Shown in pieces: positions 1 to 14,243 of a DNA stretch of 64,000 bases. The translations under genes were made by a program, and so were the position numbers. The notes beneath the pieces were generated by a model. That model was not told where the DNA came from. It saw only the letters and a program-made list of their open reading frames with translations, and ran no database searches. Each line of letters begins with the position of its first letter. Position 1 is the stretch's first letter. The DNA is from Callorhinchus milii. Lineage: Eukaryota. The stretch lies in contig NW_024704743.1 in the NCBI RefSeq assembly GCF_018977255.1, positions 64,482,001 to 64,546,000 on the forward strand, read 5' to 3'.

Positions 1-1252
1 TGACATTTTATTAAAACTAAGGTTTCAAAAGTAGTGTCAGATCACTAAATTGTAATGACAAATTATCTTAATTATGGCATTAGCAAAACTGTGTTGCTGA
101 TTTAATCTTCCGAGGCTTTGGAAAGGAAGAACAGTGTATGTGTTGGACTGTTCAACAGCCTGGGTTGGAAAGCTGTTTGGGATATTAGGGCAGTATGGAA
201 ATGATTGAAAAACGTAATAAGTAGCAAAAGTAAAAAATGCATTGCAGAAGCAGGAGGACATCATAAATATTGTATGATAAATATTTCCATAAGCTAGATT
301 AACTGGATAAATCCTAAGAATTGATGTCACAAGTGAATTATGATTGTTTGTATGGATGGAGCAATGAAAAATATATCCACATTTCCAGCTTACTTGAAAG
401 TTAACAGCTATAAGTGTAAGGGTTATAAATCTTCAGGTCTCAGCTCTAAACACTGGATATTACTGGAGGTAGATAGAGAACAATGTGACACTTCAAAATG
501 CCATTTTGTAACTAACAGAATATCGTTTTGCATAAATGTTAATGATTGGACATTGGAACAGTACATTAACATAAGTAAGAGGTGTGGAAGGTATTCTGAT
601 GTGTGACAGATTAACCTGGGTGGGGAGTGCAGAATGTAAGTGGAAAGTAATGAGCAGAATGTCCGCAATACTAAGTAACACCACTGATAAATGTAGGATT
701 TACACATCTTCTGAGTTTCCGGCATTTGTTGCATTCTCCACGTGTTCCAATGAGTATAGCTCCCAGACTCATTTCACTAAAAACAATAGCAAGTACATCT
801 TAAATGATTCATCTCCTCCCTTTTAATTCCGACCGCACCAGGTACTATTTATAAGGTAACAAATGTTGGATGTACTGATGCACAATTTCCTAAGTAACAG
901 TTCACTTCAGCATGGCCTCGGGCTGTACCTGAAAGGGGGAGTACAGACTTGGGCCATACAAAAGCTGTTCCCTGAACACTGTTGCTTTGGGTCTGATTTT
1001 ATTTTTGGTCAGCTGGGTGTCTAACACATGCAGAAACTCATGCACTCTGTCCCCAATGACTGATCTGCTTTTCCAAGTCCTGCCAAAGAGCCAGGCTGTC
1101 TGTGCTGTCAACAGTAGTGCCTGGAATACTGCAGACCCACCTGCCTGGTTCTGGGTTAAGGAGGCCTTCCAGGGTGGTTCAAATAAACAAATAAGAAATG
1201 AATAATTGAACCCTACAGGTTAGCCACATGGCCACATCAGGAGAAGGTGCCA

Positions 1253-1506
1253 GGGTCAGACTTTCAGCCTATCTGCCCCACTCTCTGGAATTGCAACACA
1301 GAGTCCTTTTGACTCATCCACTCCCTGAACTCTTTCAAGGTCCGTTTCATGCTCATCATCTTTGACCGCGACTTTGGCCATCTTCCTTTCCTGCCCCACT
1401 TCCCTTGGCTCCCACTTCCAGCTTGGGTGCTAAGAAAGGCCTGACAAGCACCTTAGGATGTCCTCTTGATGTGAAAGGCAATATATAAATGTTAATTTGC
1501 TGTTGT
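1253..1506 (+). mobile_element. Old L2 3' end
   Basis: Degenerate AFSLSAPTLWN coding and the tail GCACCTTAGGATGTCCTCTTGATGTGAAAGGCAATATATAAATG. Confidence 0.7.
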
Positions 1507-4311
1507 TTATTTATACATTTTTGAAAAAGCATTATGTTGATGCTGGCCACATACACTTCTGAAGACAGAAGCGCCCCCAAAGCAGTTCACAAGGGTTTCA
1601 AATCAAGCCAGCTGTCTTATACATTGGACTCACACAATCACAAGACTATCTCAGGTGAAGAAGATCCTTGGGCTCATCCTTCCAGAACACCCATCCTACC
1701 GTTCCACCATCACAGTTTCAAGCTGATTTTTAAATGAGTCCAGTGTCCTGGCCTCAACCACCCTTCCCGGTAACCTGTCCAGTTGTTAATTATCCTCTGG
1801 GTAAAGAAAAATCCAGGTGTCTGTCCTGAAATTGCCCTTGGCAACTCATTCTTTCAGCTTACGGTTTGGCTGCTGGATAGCAAGATACTAACTTAGCTAT
1901 TTTTGTTGTTGAATTATTTGAGGGAGAGGATGGGGGGAAATCTGCCTACAGCATTGCTGTGGATCATACAGCCAATTTTCATTAAAAAAAAGCCAATAAA
2001 CAGTCATGCGGTGAATGATCAGTTTTAATGGAGGATTCTTGGCCAAGACTCTGGGAGAAACTCCTCTTTTTGAATAATGCCTTGGAATCTTTGACGTTGA
2101 CCTAACAGGCAGACGCCCTGTGGGATTTAACCCCGTGGCAGTATAAAGGTTCATATCTTCAAAAGTAGCCTCAGTCCACATGATAACAATTTCCACATGG
2201 CTGTAACTCATAATAAAAATGATACTCTCTTTGATGTTTAACACAAGGCTTTCCCAGCAGCTAAGCATTCAATGTAAAGATGTTCATTTAATTTTTTTTT
2301 CTTTTCAATGCCTGTGGGATTAGTTTTAGCAGATATCTACTATATATCCCAAATGAAATTGCCTGTTTAAGAGATTTGTGTCAGTTTCTTTTGTTATTGT
2401 AAATTAGATCATTTGCATTTGAAGTTGATCCAATTGTGCTGAACTGAAAGTGGATCCTTGGTGTGAAGGATTTCATAAAATGAGCAATCTGGAAAACATA
2501 ACAGACCAGTATTACCCTTCTCTGAGGATAGACAGCATCACCTCACAGAGAACCTGTGCTTTCAAATACAGGTAACATTTCATTCATAAGTAAAGGAATG
2601 CAGACAAAAAGTTATTGTTCAGTTGTAATTTAACATCAGGCTTCTCTCACCAGAAGGTTCATATTAAGATGCATGCCTAATTAAAATGCATGAGATCTTA
2701 ATTCTTGACAGAAATTTTCTGCAGCAATTATAGTGGTTTTATCTAAGTACTCCCTTTACTTTCTAGTTTCCACCAGGGGATGAGCTTCCTTAAGCATACA
2801 AAGCATAAATATGCCTGTTATTCAGTTTTCAAGATTTATCTTGTTGCTTGTCACTCATTTTAATTTGGGTTCGGTTCTCTGAAGATCTTCTTCTTATTTT
2901 TCCTGAAACCTTCCTTCTACTTTGAAAAGTTATGACACATCCTCTTGCCAGATGGCTCTAGATAATCATTTCACTAATAATTGTATGTGACACTGTGGAT
3001 GCCACAGCACATCCCATTAGCTCTTAGTAGAAGAGGAATGAGCAAAGTTTCCCCTGATCAATTCACCCTCACTATCCCTAATATACTTATAGGGCATAAA
3101 TGCTCCTTTAAAGCCACTGTTTATAAAGCACACAACATAAGTAAGTCTGATTTTAAGTTTGCCATATTGCAATGTCATTCTTTTGGTGCAAAACAAATAC
3201 ACAGTCACTGTCCAGACCCCTTTATTTCATTACTGTTTGGCTACTGGAATTTCAACTAGTAAATGTGGCAAATAGTATTCCATTTGAAAATTAGCATTTC
3301 ATCCTCAGTTCTACGGCATTCTCAGGGTGAAACAGCAAAACCTACATTTGAAAGATTAGATAAGAAGCAGTTAGTTTGAGAGACCCCGATTTGCATATTG
3401 ATACTCCTTTAGTATCATAGGAAATACAAAATTCAGCCTATGCTGATGTCATCTGGACAAAAAGAATAAAATATTTACTTTGTTAATCAGGTAGACTAGG
3501 CCCAAAGCTGAAGTAAACGCTAAAAGTTAATTCTTTGACGCAGGAGAGGTTTTTGGATCTGCTCAGGAGATCAATACTGGAGAAGAACTTTTAAACCAAC
3601 AAGCTGAAAGCCCGATGTCAGGCCTAAAGTTTACAAAACAAAAAAAATCTCCTCTGTAGCAAACATAATAGTGGTGCTAGGACCTTTTGAGGAACAAAGC
3701 ATTTTCCCAAGAGGGTTATGCCACATCCTGCCAGTTACCAAACATTCCTTAAATAAGTTAAGGATCACTTTAGGAATGCCACAAATTTGGCCCCCACATT
3801 CCCTCGTCCCAAATAACCTGTTCTTTCCGTGTACACCTTTTCCATTGCTTCAGATACTTATTCAATCATTCTTTAGATGTTATAGTCTCAGCTTTCTTTC
3901 AGACTATGTACAGTTCAGCACTTTCATGGCGAATTACATTTATTTTTCATGGATGAGGTCCTCAAGTACATTATTAGGTATATTTCTAGTCCAAATAGCC
4001 AGATATATTCCTGCTGGACACTAATCTGTATTTCAAGCCACTCATTGCTCTATCCTTTATTACACACAGCATTCCATTTCAGGATATTTATGTACTTCTG
4101 AGGAAGCTGTAATGTGTGAGATTCTAGGCGATCAAAGACATTTCGAAATTGATAACTTTGATGATGACTCTGGTATTTTATCTGTTCATAGTTTTCTCTA
4201 CAATAATGTGGAGTAGGAGGATAGGTTTACTTATCATCTTTCATTTCTAAACCTTGCCTGTTCTTTTCATCTTCTCTTCTCTGCAGCCATATTTTTATGA
4301 GATGGATATCA

Positions 4312-4760
4312 ACTTGGATCAGTTGGTAGCTTTCTCTTCATTGAGTCATAAGATTATGAGTTTAAGTCCCATATCAAGATATTGACCTCACAGTCTAGAT
4401 TGGCACTGCAGCCCAGTGTTAGGGGTGTACGGCATTGCTAGAGGCTGAGACATTAAAACAAAGTCCCTTCTGCCTATTAGGGTGGACTTTAAAGATCTCA
4501 TGGCACTCTTCAAAAAGAGATGGGAGTTTCTACCAGTGCCCTGGCCAACAATCCACCAGATAAAATTGGTCATTCACTTCATGGCTGTTTGTAGACATTG
4601 CTGTGGGGGCAAACAATCTGCCACATTTACCTACAAAATACACAGTCACTACACTCTACAGTAAATATTGTGAATGGATTTGAGATATTGTGACAATGTA
4701 ATTAGACACTATATCAAGTGCAGGAGTTATTATTATTATTATTATGATGATTATTATTAT
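4312..4760 (+). mobile_element. Old DeuSINE-type SINE (different tRNA head, longer body)
   Basis: Head TCAGTTGGTAGC...GAGTCA-AAGATT-TGAGTT-AAG, body AAAGATC-CATGGCAC, Deu core and ATT tail. Further copies at about 1890-2115(-), 8595-8880(-), 10090-10240(-), 10540-10710(+), 30000-30215(-), 35265-35495(-), 37330-37620(-), 38290-38870(+), 48880-49235(-), 52745-53045(-) and 53610-53948(-). Confidence 0.8.
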
Positions 4761-5217
4761 GATGATAATTATAATTACTCTCTCAAGTGCCATCTTGTTT
4801 GTGCACATTTACAGCAAAATTAGTTATTTCAAGATCAAAGGGAGGAGAAGAAATCAAAAAGATGTTTGGGAAATAGGATATGGCAATGTGGCATAAATAA
4901 TGACCTATTCATGGTTATTACATGTTTCAACTCATCAAAGCCCTTGAGATGGATCCTAGTAATTACTGTAGCTCTCGTTGTTGGCATCAGCTTCACCAGA
5001 ATTTAAACCTTTCATTGAATGATCAACAATCACTCCCAAACCCTTTTCCTGTTCACCTTTGTTCAAAAACATACCTCAATTGTGTGTACAGATTTTACAT
5101 CCGCTTTTCCAAGGTGCTTTAATTACATTCACTACATTAAACTTGAACTGCTTCTATTTCATTTATAAGCAGTATGAACACCAGGATTTCACCAGGGAAT
5201 AGAGCCCTACAGAAGTC

Positions 5218-5610
5218 AACAACAACAACTTGCATTGATATAGCACCCTTCACGCGGGGTAATGAGCTGGAGTGCTTGACAGTGATGGAGTCTGACCCCG
5301 AGTCAGGGGGAGAGGGAGGGGGCGAGGTGACCATAAGCACGATCAAAAAGGAAGGTCTTCAGGTGGGATATGACAGTGGAAGGGGAAGGGACAAGATGGA
5401 AGGATTGGGAGAGAGAGTTCCAGAGTTTCGGGGCATAGTGGCTGAAGGCACGGCAACTGATAGTGGTGGAGCGGAGATGGCAAGGGACAAACAGGAGGCC
5501 AGATCTGGTGGAGTGGGGTGTAATCAGGTCAGATAGATAGGGAGGTGCGAGGGCATGAACGTATTTGAAAACGAGTGAGAGAATCTTGAAATCGATTTGA
5601 AATCGAAACT
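5218..5610 (-). mobile_element. 3' end of a second, older L2 family
   Basis: Tail AGCACTC...GTGAAGGGTGCTATATCAATGCAAGTTGTTGTT preceded by degenerate L2 C-terminal coding. Related copies at 13425-13620, 32795-33000, 36955-37115 and 45535-45912. Confidence 0.75.
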
Positions 5611-5639
5611 GGTTTGCAAGTCAAGTAGACCTGCCAAAT

Positions 5640-5960
5640 TAATTGAGTTCAGATCTCCCGAAATCGTACTCATACTGTACTATATTGTGCTTTGGTCAAG
5701 CCACACTGAGTACTGCATAAGGTTTTGGTTGCCATGACATAAGGGGGCTGCCAAGACCCAACAGGCACTACAGAGGAGAGGATTGAAAATGATCTCCAGT
5801 GTTAGAGGAATGAGCAATTATCAGAGAAACTGTCTCTCTTCAAAGGAGGCCTTATAGAAACCATAGAACCATAGAAATGTATACCATAGAGGTGTATAAA
5901 ATGTTGAGTGGGATTGAAAAAGTAAATCCAGAACAATATTCTCAGACGCACTGAGACAGC
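5640..5960 (+). mobile_element. Degenerate CR1 fragment
   Basis: Remnants of LVRPHLEYC-like and IEVYKML-like coding. Confidence 0.6.
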
Positions 5961-8900
5961 TGAACATGTTTGTCATGCTCCATTCTGAAAGGACTTTACA
6001 TCTGATCAGAGTTGCTGCATGTCAGAATGCGAGACTTCCACTTTATTAAAGGAATCCCATTAGAAATTGTTAACATTACATCCCATGCAGGTCTCATTAC
6101 TGTCATTCTGTTTTGAAGGGTAGATTATTTCTGGCTATTATTTAGGAACAGGACAGTTAAAGTGTATATTTTTAAATCTGTCTTTAGTGACACACCCTGA
6201 CCAGGATCAATTATTTTTTGATTCTGTGACTTTTTAAATGTAAAAAATATTTTTAAGAAATTAACTGTCAAAGAAATGTGACATCTGAGGTGGGTTTATC
6301 GACTTTTCCGATTTCAGGGAAGAGTTTAATTGGGAATGACACCTTTATTCCACCTAAATTGCTTCAGGAAAGGTAAGAAATTCCACCTGGGGCTAGATTT
6401 GCTTAATTATCATAGTGTTTCATAACTTCTAAAATTTGACAATTTTTAAAATACAGTCCTTTCAAAGCATTTTTTTTCGTAGGTGTTTTCAGAACTACAT
6501 AGAAACAGACTTCAAAGTTAAGACTTCAACAATTTGCCACATTCAGGACACTCCAAAATGTTAGGAATGTTAAGTTCTCTAAACATTACCCCCCATTGGA
6601 AATAACTTCTCCCTTTTTACCCTATCAAAATTTCTCAAATTTTGTATGCCTCTTTCAGATCCCCTCTCAACCTTCTCTGTTCTAATGAAAACAGACCCAA
6701 CTTCACAATCACTCCTCATAACTATAGCCCCTCATCTTGGTATCAGAGAAAAAAAAGACATTGGAGCAAAAAAGAAAAATGAAAAAACATTAGTAATTTT
6801 TCATTGGATAATTACACATTATTTACTGCATATGAGGTTTACCTTGAATACTTTTCTTTTAAGCACTCCAAGACACTACCCTGCCTGAAGGGCGCTATAT
6901 AAATACAAGTTTATGCTTTTTGTAACCTAAATTGAATGCACTTGTATAAATATTCTGAATTGTTTCATGGTCTTCTGGCAAAGAGAGAATGTATAACAAC
7001 ACAGGCCATTATCTCAATGTGCAGCTGGAGGAGGCACAGAAATAAATCTGGCAAGGCTCTTAAAACTGTGAGATTTCGAGAAATTACAGGGTTTAGCAAG
7101 AGTCGTTTTTCAAGTGAAAATCAGTTATTTCTAATCAGTATTTATTAACTTCTAGCAATTCATCGGTGATAAATGGTAAATATTGAAAAGGAAGAACCTC
7201 ATTTAATACATGTTATGGCATAATGCATGTCTCACCTAATAATTCATTAAACAGTTCCTGGAGTGTTGCTATCTAATTAAGACCTAAAATAAGAATTATT
7301 TTTTAAATGTGCATATTAAACCTTCACCACGCTGCACAATGGTTGCGTTTGTCGTGCGTCTATTACAGGATTTTGCTTTTTAACGAGACCAGTTTTCCTC
7401 AAGAGATTTTAGGAGAACTTGGATGTGCATGTAATGTGCACATTTGCCCTTCCTTGCCTCCAACGCCTGTCGTCTCCTGAATTCTCCTTAATGTAGCCCC
7501 CAAGGGCCTTCCAGTAACTCATCAAAATGGGGATTCTTTATGTGTTTGGTGGCACAGAAAGTGTCAGTAGTTTTTTTTCCATCCATTGGATTCTTCTTTG
7601 GAGTTAATCATCAACCTGTTCTTACCTGATGATCACATGTGCCTTCCAGCTTGGGATAAATGGATAGTATGGAAAGTGGAAAACAGAGAATAAACATAAG
7701 AACTTTCCAAGAGGGAAATTGAAATGAGTCACTGGTCTCCTCCACATTCTATCTTTCCCACTATGGATGAGCGAGGTAATTAAAGATTGAAGCAAGTTAC
7801 AAAGAATGGTGGTTGAAGCCTGGACACAGGAAACAACCTGATACTGTAATAGGAAGATGGTACAGTGTTAGTTCTGGAAATATGAGGTCAAGAGCATTTT
7901 CATTCTGAACCACTCTTTTGATCTCATCATCTTATGAACCCTTAAATGCTATTATTTCCAGGCATAACAACATAGTTTTTCATGTATTTATAATCTGTTA
8001 TATGCAGAAAATATTCCAGGTGAAATGTATTTAAGGAGATGGTATTGGGGCTCATGTGGAGTATGGACTAGTTGGACCTGGGCTAGTAGGGCTATATGCT
8101 TTGTTTGCATGCCATATCACTCTATTTAACTATATCTCTAGAATGAATTAGAAACAAATGAGATGATACCTTATGCTTTTTCCATGTTGAACTTCATATT
8201 CTGAATGCAGCTGTATAAACTTTCACTATACAGTCTACAAATTAATTTCTAACAATACATTTTAAGATAATTATTCACATTGACAGATAGACAGAGTTAA
8301 GTGGGTTTGAACTGACAACATCAAAATATATTGATGTCCTTTTTGACAGGAATGTCTCAAAAAGCTCTCACATTGATTTCAGTAACAGTTGCTATGATGA
8401 ATATAAATTACCCATGCATCATGTGCACAGAAGAATGAATGCTTGTGCTTAATTATGAATATGCATCAGTCCTACATTTTCTGGGGAGGTTTATCATAGC
8501 TTAATGCAATAATAAATTTTGTTTTCTAGTTTACTTAATCGCTCAATCCCAAAAATGTAAGTACAGGTAAGGGCAAATATGTCTATGAGTTATAAATAAA
8601 TAATCCTTATATTTGATATAGTACCTTATCAGGCTGTCAAAATGTCTCAAAACACTTCACAGGATTTTCTGTAGTGACTCTGTATTTTGCAGGCAATCAC
8701 AGCAGACACTTTGCGCACAGCAAAATCCCACAAAACAGCCTTCAAGTGAATGATCAATTTTATCCAGAGGATGTCAGGAGAAACATCCTTCTCTCTTCAA
8801 ATAGCGCCATGGGATCTTTAACATTCACCTGAATAGGCAGACAGGACCTCAATTTAGCATCTTATCCAAAGGCGGGCACGTTGCCATTCATTTGTTCAGC

Positions 8901-9290
8901 CAACAAATTCCCGTATGAATTTAAGATGTAAATTTGTCCCTCCTCAACTTAATGCAGTCCCTGTAGTATATGATCAATCTAAATGTGGTACTTACAGAAT
9001 TTCAACCCACCTGCTAACCACTCATAAGAGCATTCAAAAGTGAACAAGATAAATATTTAAATAGGAACAATATAAATGAAACAGGGAAAGAATAGAGAAT
9101 TGAGACTAAATTAGTAATCTCCATTGCAGGAGCTGGCACCAAATATAAACTCAATTCTTCTGTGCTGTAATTACTATGACGATATGATTGTATGATCTGC
9201 CCATGTATCATTCAGAGAATTTCCCCCTGCCCTAAGGTACTTGACTATGAAAGGCTTCCGAAGTTGAAACTTCTAATGCATCCATATAGA

Positions 9291-9935
9291 ATAATAAAAA
9301 TAATATTCCTTGCATTTGACGTAGCGCCTTATCACGTCTTCTAGACGTCTCAAAGCGCTTCACAGAATATACTGTAAAGTGAATCGGCTGTATATTTTGT
9401 GGGTGAAACATGGTAGCCAATTGCACACAGCAGCACCCCACAGAGTCATGGATTAAGTGACCAAATTATTATATTTGTGGAGTCCTGTAGCTCAGTGGTT
9501 AGAGCACTCGCTTTTCAAGTGAGAGACCCGAGTTCAATTCCAGGCAGGGCGAAACCTTGGGCAAGTTTCCTTACTCCACACAACTAATAATAATCCCTCC
9601 AAAACCCAAAACAATAATAAATTGGTCATTTTCAATCTACGACTGTTTGTGGGACATTGCTGTGCGCAATTGACTGCCGCGTTCGCCCACAAATATACAA
9701 TCAATTCATTTTACAGTATATTCTGTGAAGCGCTTTGGGACGTCCTCCTGATGTGAAAAGCATTATATCAAATGCAAGGATTATTATTATTATCTATTTT
9801 TTTAAAAAAAAATTGGAAGGAATTATTACCCTCTGAAAAACAATCCGCCAATCAACTAACAAACAGGTTACTACTTACTGCTAGGTAAACAGAGGAGTGT
9901 GGAGTAAGAAAACTTACCCAACATTTCGCCCTGTG
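9291..9935 (-). mobile_element. Older long-subfamily SINE split by the young SINE at 9477-9793
   Basis: 9291-9476 and 9794-9935 join into a sequence collinear with 22763-23120. Confidence 0.8.
9477..9793 (+). mobile_element. Young tRNA-derived Deu-domain SINE (short subfamily)
   Basis: GTGGAGTCC start, A box TAGCTCAGTGG, B box GTTCAATTCC, Deu-like core TTGCTGTGCGCAATTG, L2-like stem-loop and (TTA)n tail. Confidence 0.93.
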
Positions 9936-10254
9936 AATGCCAGTGCATGGAGGTTTCAGAGTCTGCTAGATATATTAAATTATTTTTCATGACATAAAAC
10001 ATCTCTATAATTGATGTAGAACCTATAACATTAAAATATCTTGCAACACTTTATGGAGAATTATTTTGTATTGAGTCTATTAGTAGGGAAACACAAATAG
10101 CCATTTTGTGCATAGCAAGGTGCTGCAGATAGCGTAAAGTAACTAATCTGGAGAATTGCTGGCCAGGACACGAGGTGAAATTCCTTCTCTTTTTAAATAG
10201 TGTTAAGGGAGCTTTAAAATCCACCTGAACAAGTAGTAGATCCTGTGAAGCACT

Positions 10255-10535
10255 TGGTATTGATGTTCATTTGCCAGTACATATATATATATATCCTCTC
10301 AAGCTCTTTAAAGTAAGACCTTTGCTGCCTCCTCTGATTCCTCTCCTCTCCCAATTTGATGTCATCTGCAAATTTAACTTGCCTACACTGGGTCTGCAAA
10401 TCCAGGTTATGAATATAAACAAGGACAAGGAAGAGTCCCAGTATAGACTGCTGTGCATCCCACTGAACAATTCCCTCCATTTTGACCCAGCTCACCTAAC
10501 AATGCTCCTCTGTTTCCTTCCCTTCAGCCAATTCA
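10255..10535 (-). mobile_element. CR1 RT-core fragment
   Basis: QQSILGLFLVLVYIHNLD...KFADDIKLG (FADD motif). Confidence 0.8.
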
Positions 10536-13500
10536 GATGTGAAACTGACTCAGTTGGTAGCAATCTCGTCTCTTGAGTCAAAAGATTGTGGATTCAAGTT
10601 GTATATTGGGTCTCTGAACTCACAGTCTTGACTGTTAATACATTACTTGTGGAGCACTGCATGGTTGGAGGTACTGTCCTTCAGATCAGATGCTAAACTG
10701 AGGTCTTCAATTGTACCCATAAAACAAGCACAGGTTCAGCCTTTTGCCTTTGTCATATATTTAGTAAATGTTGGTACGTGTTGATCTTTATAACAACTTA
10801 CATTGGTATGATTTCTTTCCATGATGATTCATGAATTTACATACTTTTGGAACATAGCACCAATGTCCCTTCTTTACTTATTTTTGGTTATGTGGGTTTT
10901 GAGTTATTGGCTCTCCGTCTATTTGTGTTAGCCATTTAGGAGTGTCTGGCCTGCACTTACCTAATCTTGGTTTTGTTCATCTGAAATAAGGGTTTTTAAA
11001 TGAGATTGTCAATTATAGCCTTGAGCCTCATTAAAAATGAAATCAGAAACAGATGTAGATCAAACGCTACAAATTGGACTTGTAGCTTCAAATCTTCAAC
11101 CTCATATTCTTTACCTATTGTCAAGCAAGGCCCACAAATTAGTATTGAAGTGAACACTCAAGAAGCATTAAAGCATAAGAACATAAAAATTGCTAGATGA
11201 AAGAAGACCAAGGTCCATCCAATTCGCTTTCCACCATCCTGACAGTCGGATGCACGTGCCATCCCAAACTATATCCCACAAAATCTCAAACTATATACTG
11301 TAACTCACGATAAGCAAATTGAATGTGTAACTTTGATATGTTCAGCAAGGCTGCCCAAGCCATTCCCTCTGTGCCTGTTTTTGAGGCTCAATAGGCAGTT
11401 GAGGTGGCTTGATAAACTCTAATTGTCTCTCCAGCTTCTGACTTTCCTCATCCTCCGAATGTAACTTTTCGACAATCCTGAAATTTCTCTAGACTAAACA
11501 ACATTCTGCATCAAAAGGACAGTAATATACATTCATTCTATTTATTTTTCTGTTAATGTAAGGATTATCTTATTCTCCTAATTTCTGTCCAACAGTGAGG
11601 AATCTAAGAAGTGTACCCTTATTTTAAAGCTGTAGTGGCCAATTCCTTTGTAATCTTTACCTGCAACCCTTGGCAAATTTGCTACTCCATCTGCCTCTGT
11701 GCCTCCATTCCTAGCTCGCTGCTCTTAATGTTATAATAAATATCATTATAAATTTATTTGCCCTGTTTTAGAGCCTTTAATACAATTAGTTTTGCATTGT
11801 TTCAAAAGATAGAGAACTCCTCTGTCTCTGCTCCTTCAATGTGATTTGCAGAAAGGTCCTGCCCCTTTTTTGTCATGTACATTTGTATGAATTTTGACCT
11901 TTAAGTGCCAAGTAGAGTTTTCCTGTGGCATTTCTGACCGACTGGTTGAACATCAGCTTTGCTTCAGATAACTTTTCAATGTCATTAAGATGTTTGTCAT
12001 CCTTCTTTCCTATGGCTTCCATCAGTGATACAGGCAGAATTGTGTGAGAAGAGAAACAAGACATTAAGCATGCAGAGTAGCAGAGGACAAGCACCTCCGT
12101 TGGATAAAAATGGTGACAAGGAAGGCTGTTGGTGCCAAATATTGTGCCTCTTACTATTTTCAAATAATATTTCCTGCTGTCAGGTATTCTCCTTACAGGA
12201 AACATGGGCACACCCAGCACACCCACCGACACCAAGACCAGGTATATTATACATAATATATGTATTATATATCATTAGATATGGGACTAACTTGTAATAT
12301 TTGTAGAGAAAGTTTTCATAACAATAATAATTTTCTTATATTCTTTGTGAAGTTTTTTTTAATAACAAGGGGGGAAGTGGATGCATGGTTAGGTTAAGCT
12401 ACAATCTAAAAAAATGTCCTCAATGGCAGATTTGGGAGTGAACACTCCTGAGTCAGTCAAGAGAATTATTTCACCAACAAACTCTACAGATTCATTACAA
12501 GGAATTACATACAACACAGAAACAGGCCATTTGATCCAACTAGTCTATAGTCCCTGCGAGCCTCCAGCTCTCCCAGTCCACTCTCCTATACACTCTATTC
12601 CCTTCTCAATCATGCAAGCATCATGTTTCCTCTTAAATATGCTGATGCTTTCTAAAATTGATTTATTTTAAAATGTACTGCATAAATCTCTCAAAATTCT
12701 CAAAAGATAACATTATGCAACATTAGATTATTTTGTATTCTTGAGGAATAATGGAATAAAACATATTTGCATATGATTTATCAACCACACATTAATTGGT
12801 GTGGGTCAGATATTTGCTGATGACTTGTTTTGTGCACTGATGCGTTTGCCAAATGTAGAAATGAGTGTTTCGTGCTGCATTGCAGCTACACTGTAGCTAC
12901 ACAAGCTTATTTTAAATAATTCAATGCGCTGATTGCCATCACAAGGGAAAAGGCAATAAAAAGTATGTATACATACATTCTTTGCACTTGAGAATCAATA
13001 TCATTAAATATTTTGTGGTCTCTTGGTTATTCTGTCACACCTCATACCTACATATGTCAAAGCTAAGCTTATTGTATTTTCACTTAAATGTCAGTCTCTG
13101 AGTCATCAGGCAGTTCAGCACCAGTGAAAGGTCTTATTGGATTCACTACGTTCAATGTATGAACATCTTATGATTTACAGTTCATTAAAATAATACATTT
13201 CCCCAAAGTCCCTAATTAAGAGCATCAGAAACACAAAGCATATTCTGCAGTCTGAAGGCCTGATTATGAATTCATTATAACAATTCAAGGTTGAAAAACA
13301 TTGGCTTTCTCCTTGGCTTCTAGTTTCAGGTCCAGAAGCTTTCTCAAGTGAAGAACAAGATGGCCATTATAAATAATTATTGTAAAAATACTATTACTTG
13401 CATTTGATATAACTCCTTAACAACATTGTTGCATTTATATAGTAACCTTCACATAGAGTAGCTTCTCAGAGCACTTAATAGTGGCAGTGCTTGACACGGA

Positions 13501-14111
13501 GCCAGGGATAGGAGCGAGGTGACTGTTAGCACAGTCAAAGAGGAAGGTCTTTAGGTGTGATCTGAAGATAAGGAAGGAGGAAGCAAGTGGAAAGATTCAG
13601 GATTCTGAGGTGGAGTAGAGGGGATGAGGAGGAGGCTGCAGGAGGCTGTAGCCAGCTGAGCAGCAGCAATGATATGAATAACCAACAAACTTGGTGAATT
13701 TTGGACCGAGAGCAATGTTGGGCAGAACATTGCAGACATTGAACATTGCCTGGTCTGAGGAAACTTACTAGGGAATGGCAAACCCAGAACCCAGCCATAA
13801 CCATGAATGGGTCATTAATTAGATAAGTAGAATATACCCTTCTATGGTGATATATTCAGTTTTCACCACTGTAACAATAACGCATAGCAATCATATATAC
13901 CTTTATAGCTAAATGGTTTGCTGTGTTTTAAGCCAAGTGTTGTATTATTTGTCAATCCACGACACAGTTTAGATTCAATCTCCTTCCATTCAACTGGTCA
14001 CACCCACTCTCTTCAACACTCTGCCCACTCTCTGTCCCAGAATCCTTTGATGTTTCCTGCTGGCTTCTCATTGGTCAATGTCCAATTGCCAATTTAGCCC
14101 TAAAGCAATAT

Positions 14112-14183
14112 GCAACAACAACAACAACAACAACAAGATTCCATTTATAGAGCGCCTTTCACATCGGGAGGACGTCCCAAGGC
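14112..14183 (-). mobile_element. Extremely truncated L2 (tail only) fused to captured genomic sequence
   Basis: (CAA)n-GATTCCATTTATAGAGCGCCTTTCACATCGGGAGGACGTCCCAAGGC is the L2 3' end reversed. Confidence 0.9.
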
Positions 14184-14243
14184 AAATTTGCCAAGGGTTG
14201 CAGGTAAAGATTACAAAGGAATTGGCCACTACAGCTTTAAAAT
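14182..14243 (-). repeat. Perfect 62-bp inverted duplicate of 11621-11682
   Basis: Base-by-base reverse complement. Confidence 0.95.

Noticed and set aside
2480..2571. ATG-initiated 30-codon stretch ending at CAG|gtaaca
   Set aside because: No promoter or CpG island and no recognisable peptide.
6318..6372. Possible 55-nt exon with strong donor AAG|gtaaga
   Set aside because: Open in only one frame, peptide unrecognised, and the flanks resemble a degenerate GGTGG...AATTCCACC repeat; insufficient support.
9477..9555. tRNA genes at the GGAGTCCTGTAGCTCAGTGG motifs
   Set aside because: Each continues into a SINE body and tail and lacks a proper acceptor stem; these are SINE heads.
11873..12235. 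Minus-strand 120-aa ORF (MEAIGKKDDKHLNDIEKL...)
   Set aside because: No recognisable homology or clear exon boundaries; the length is compatible with chance.
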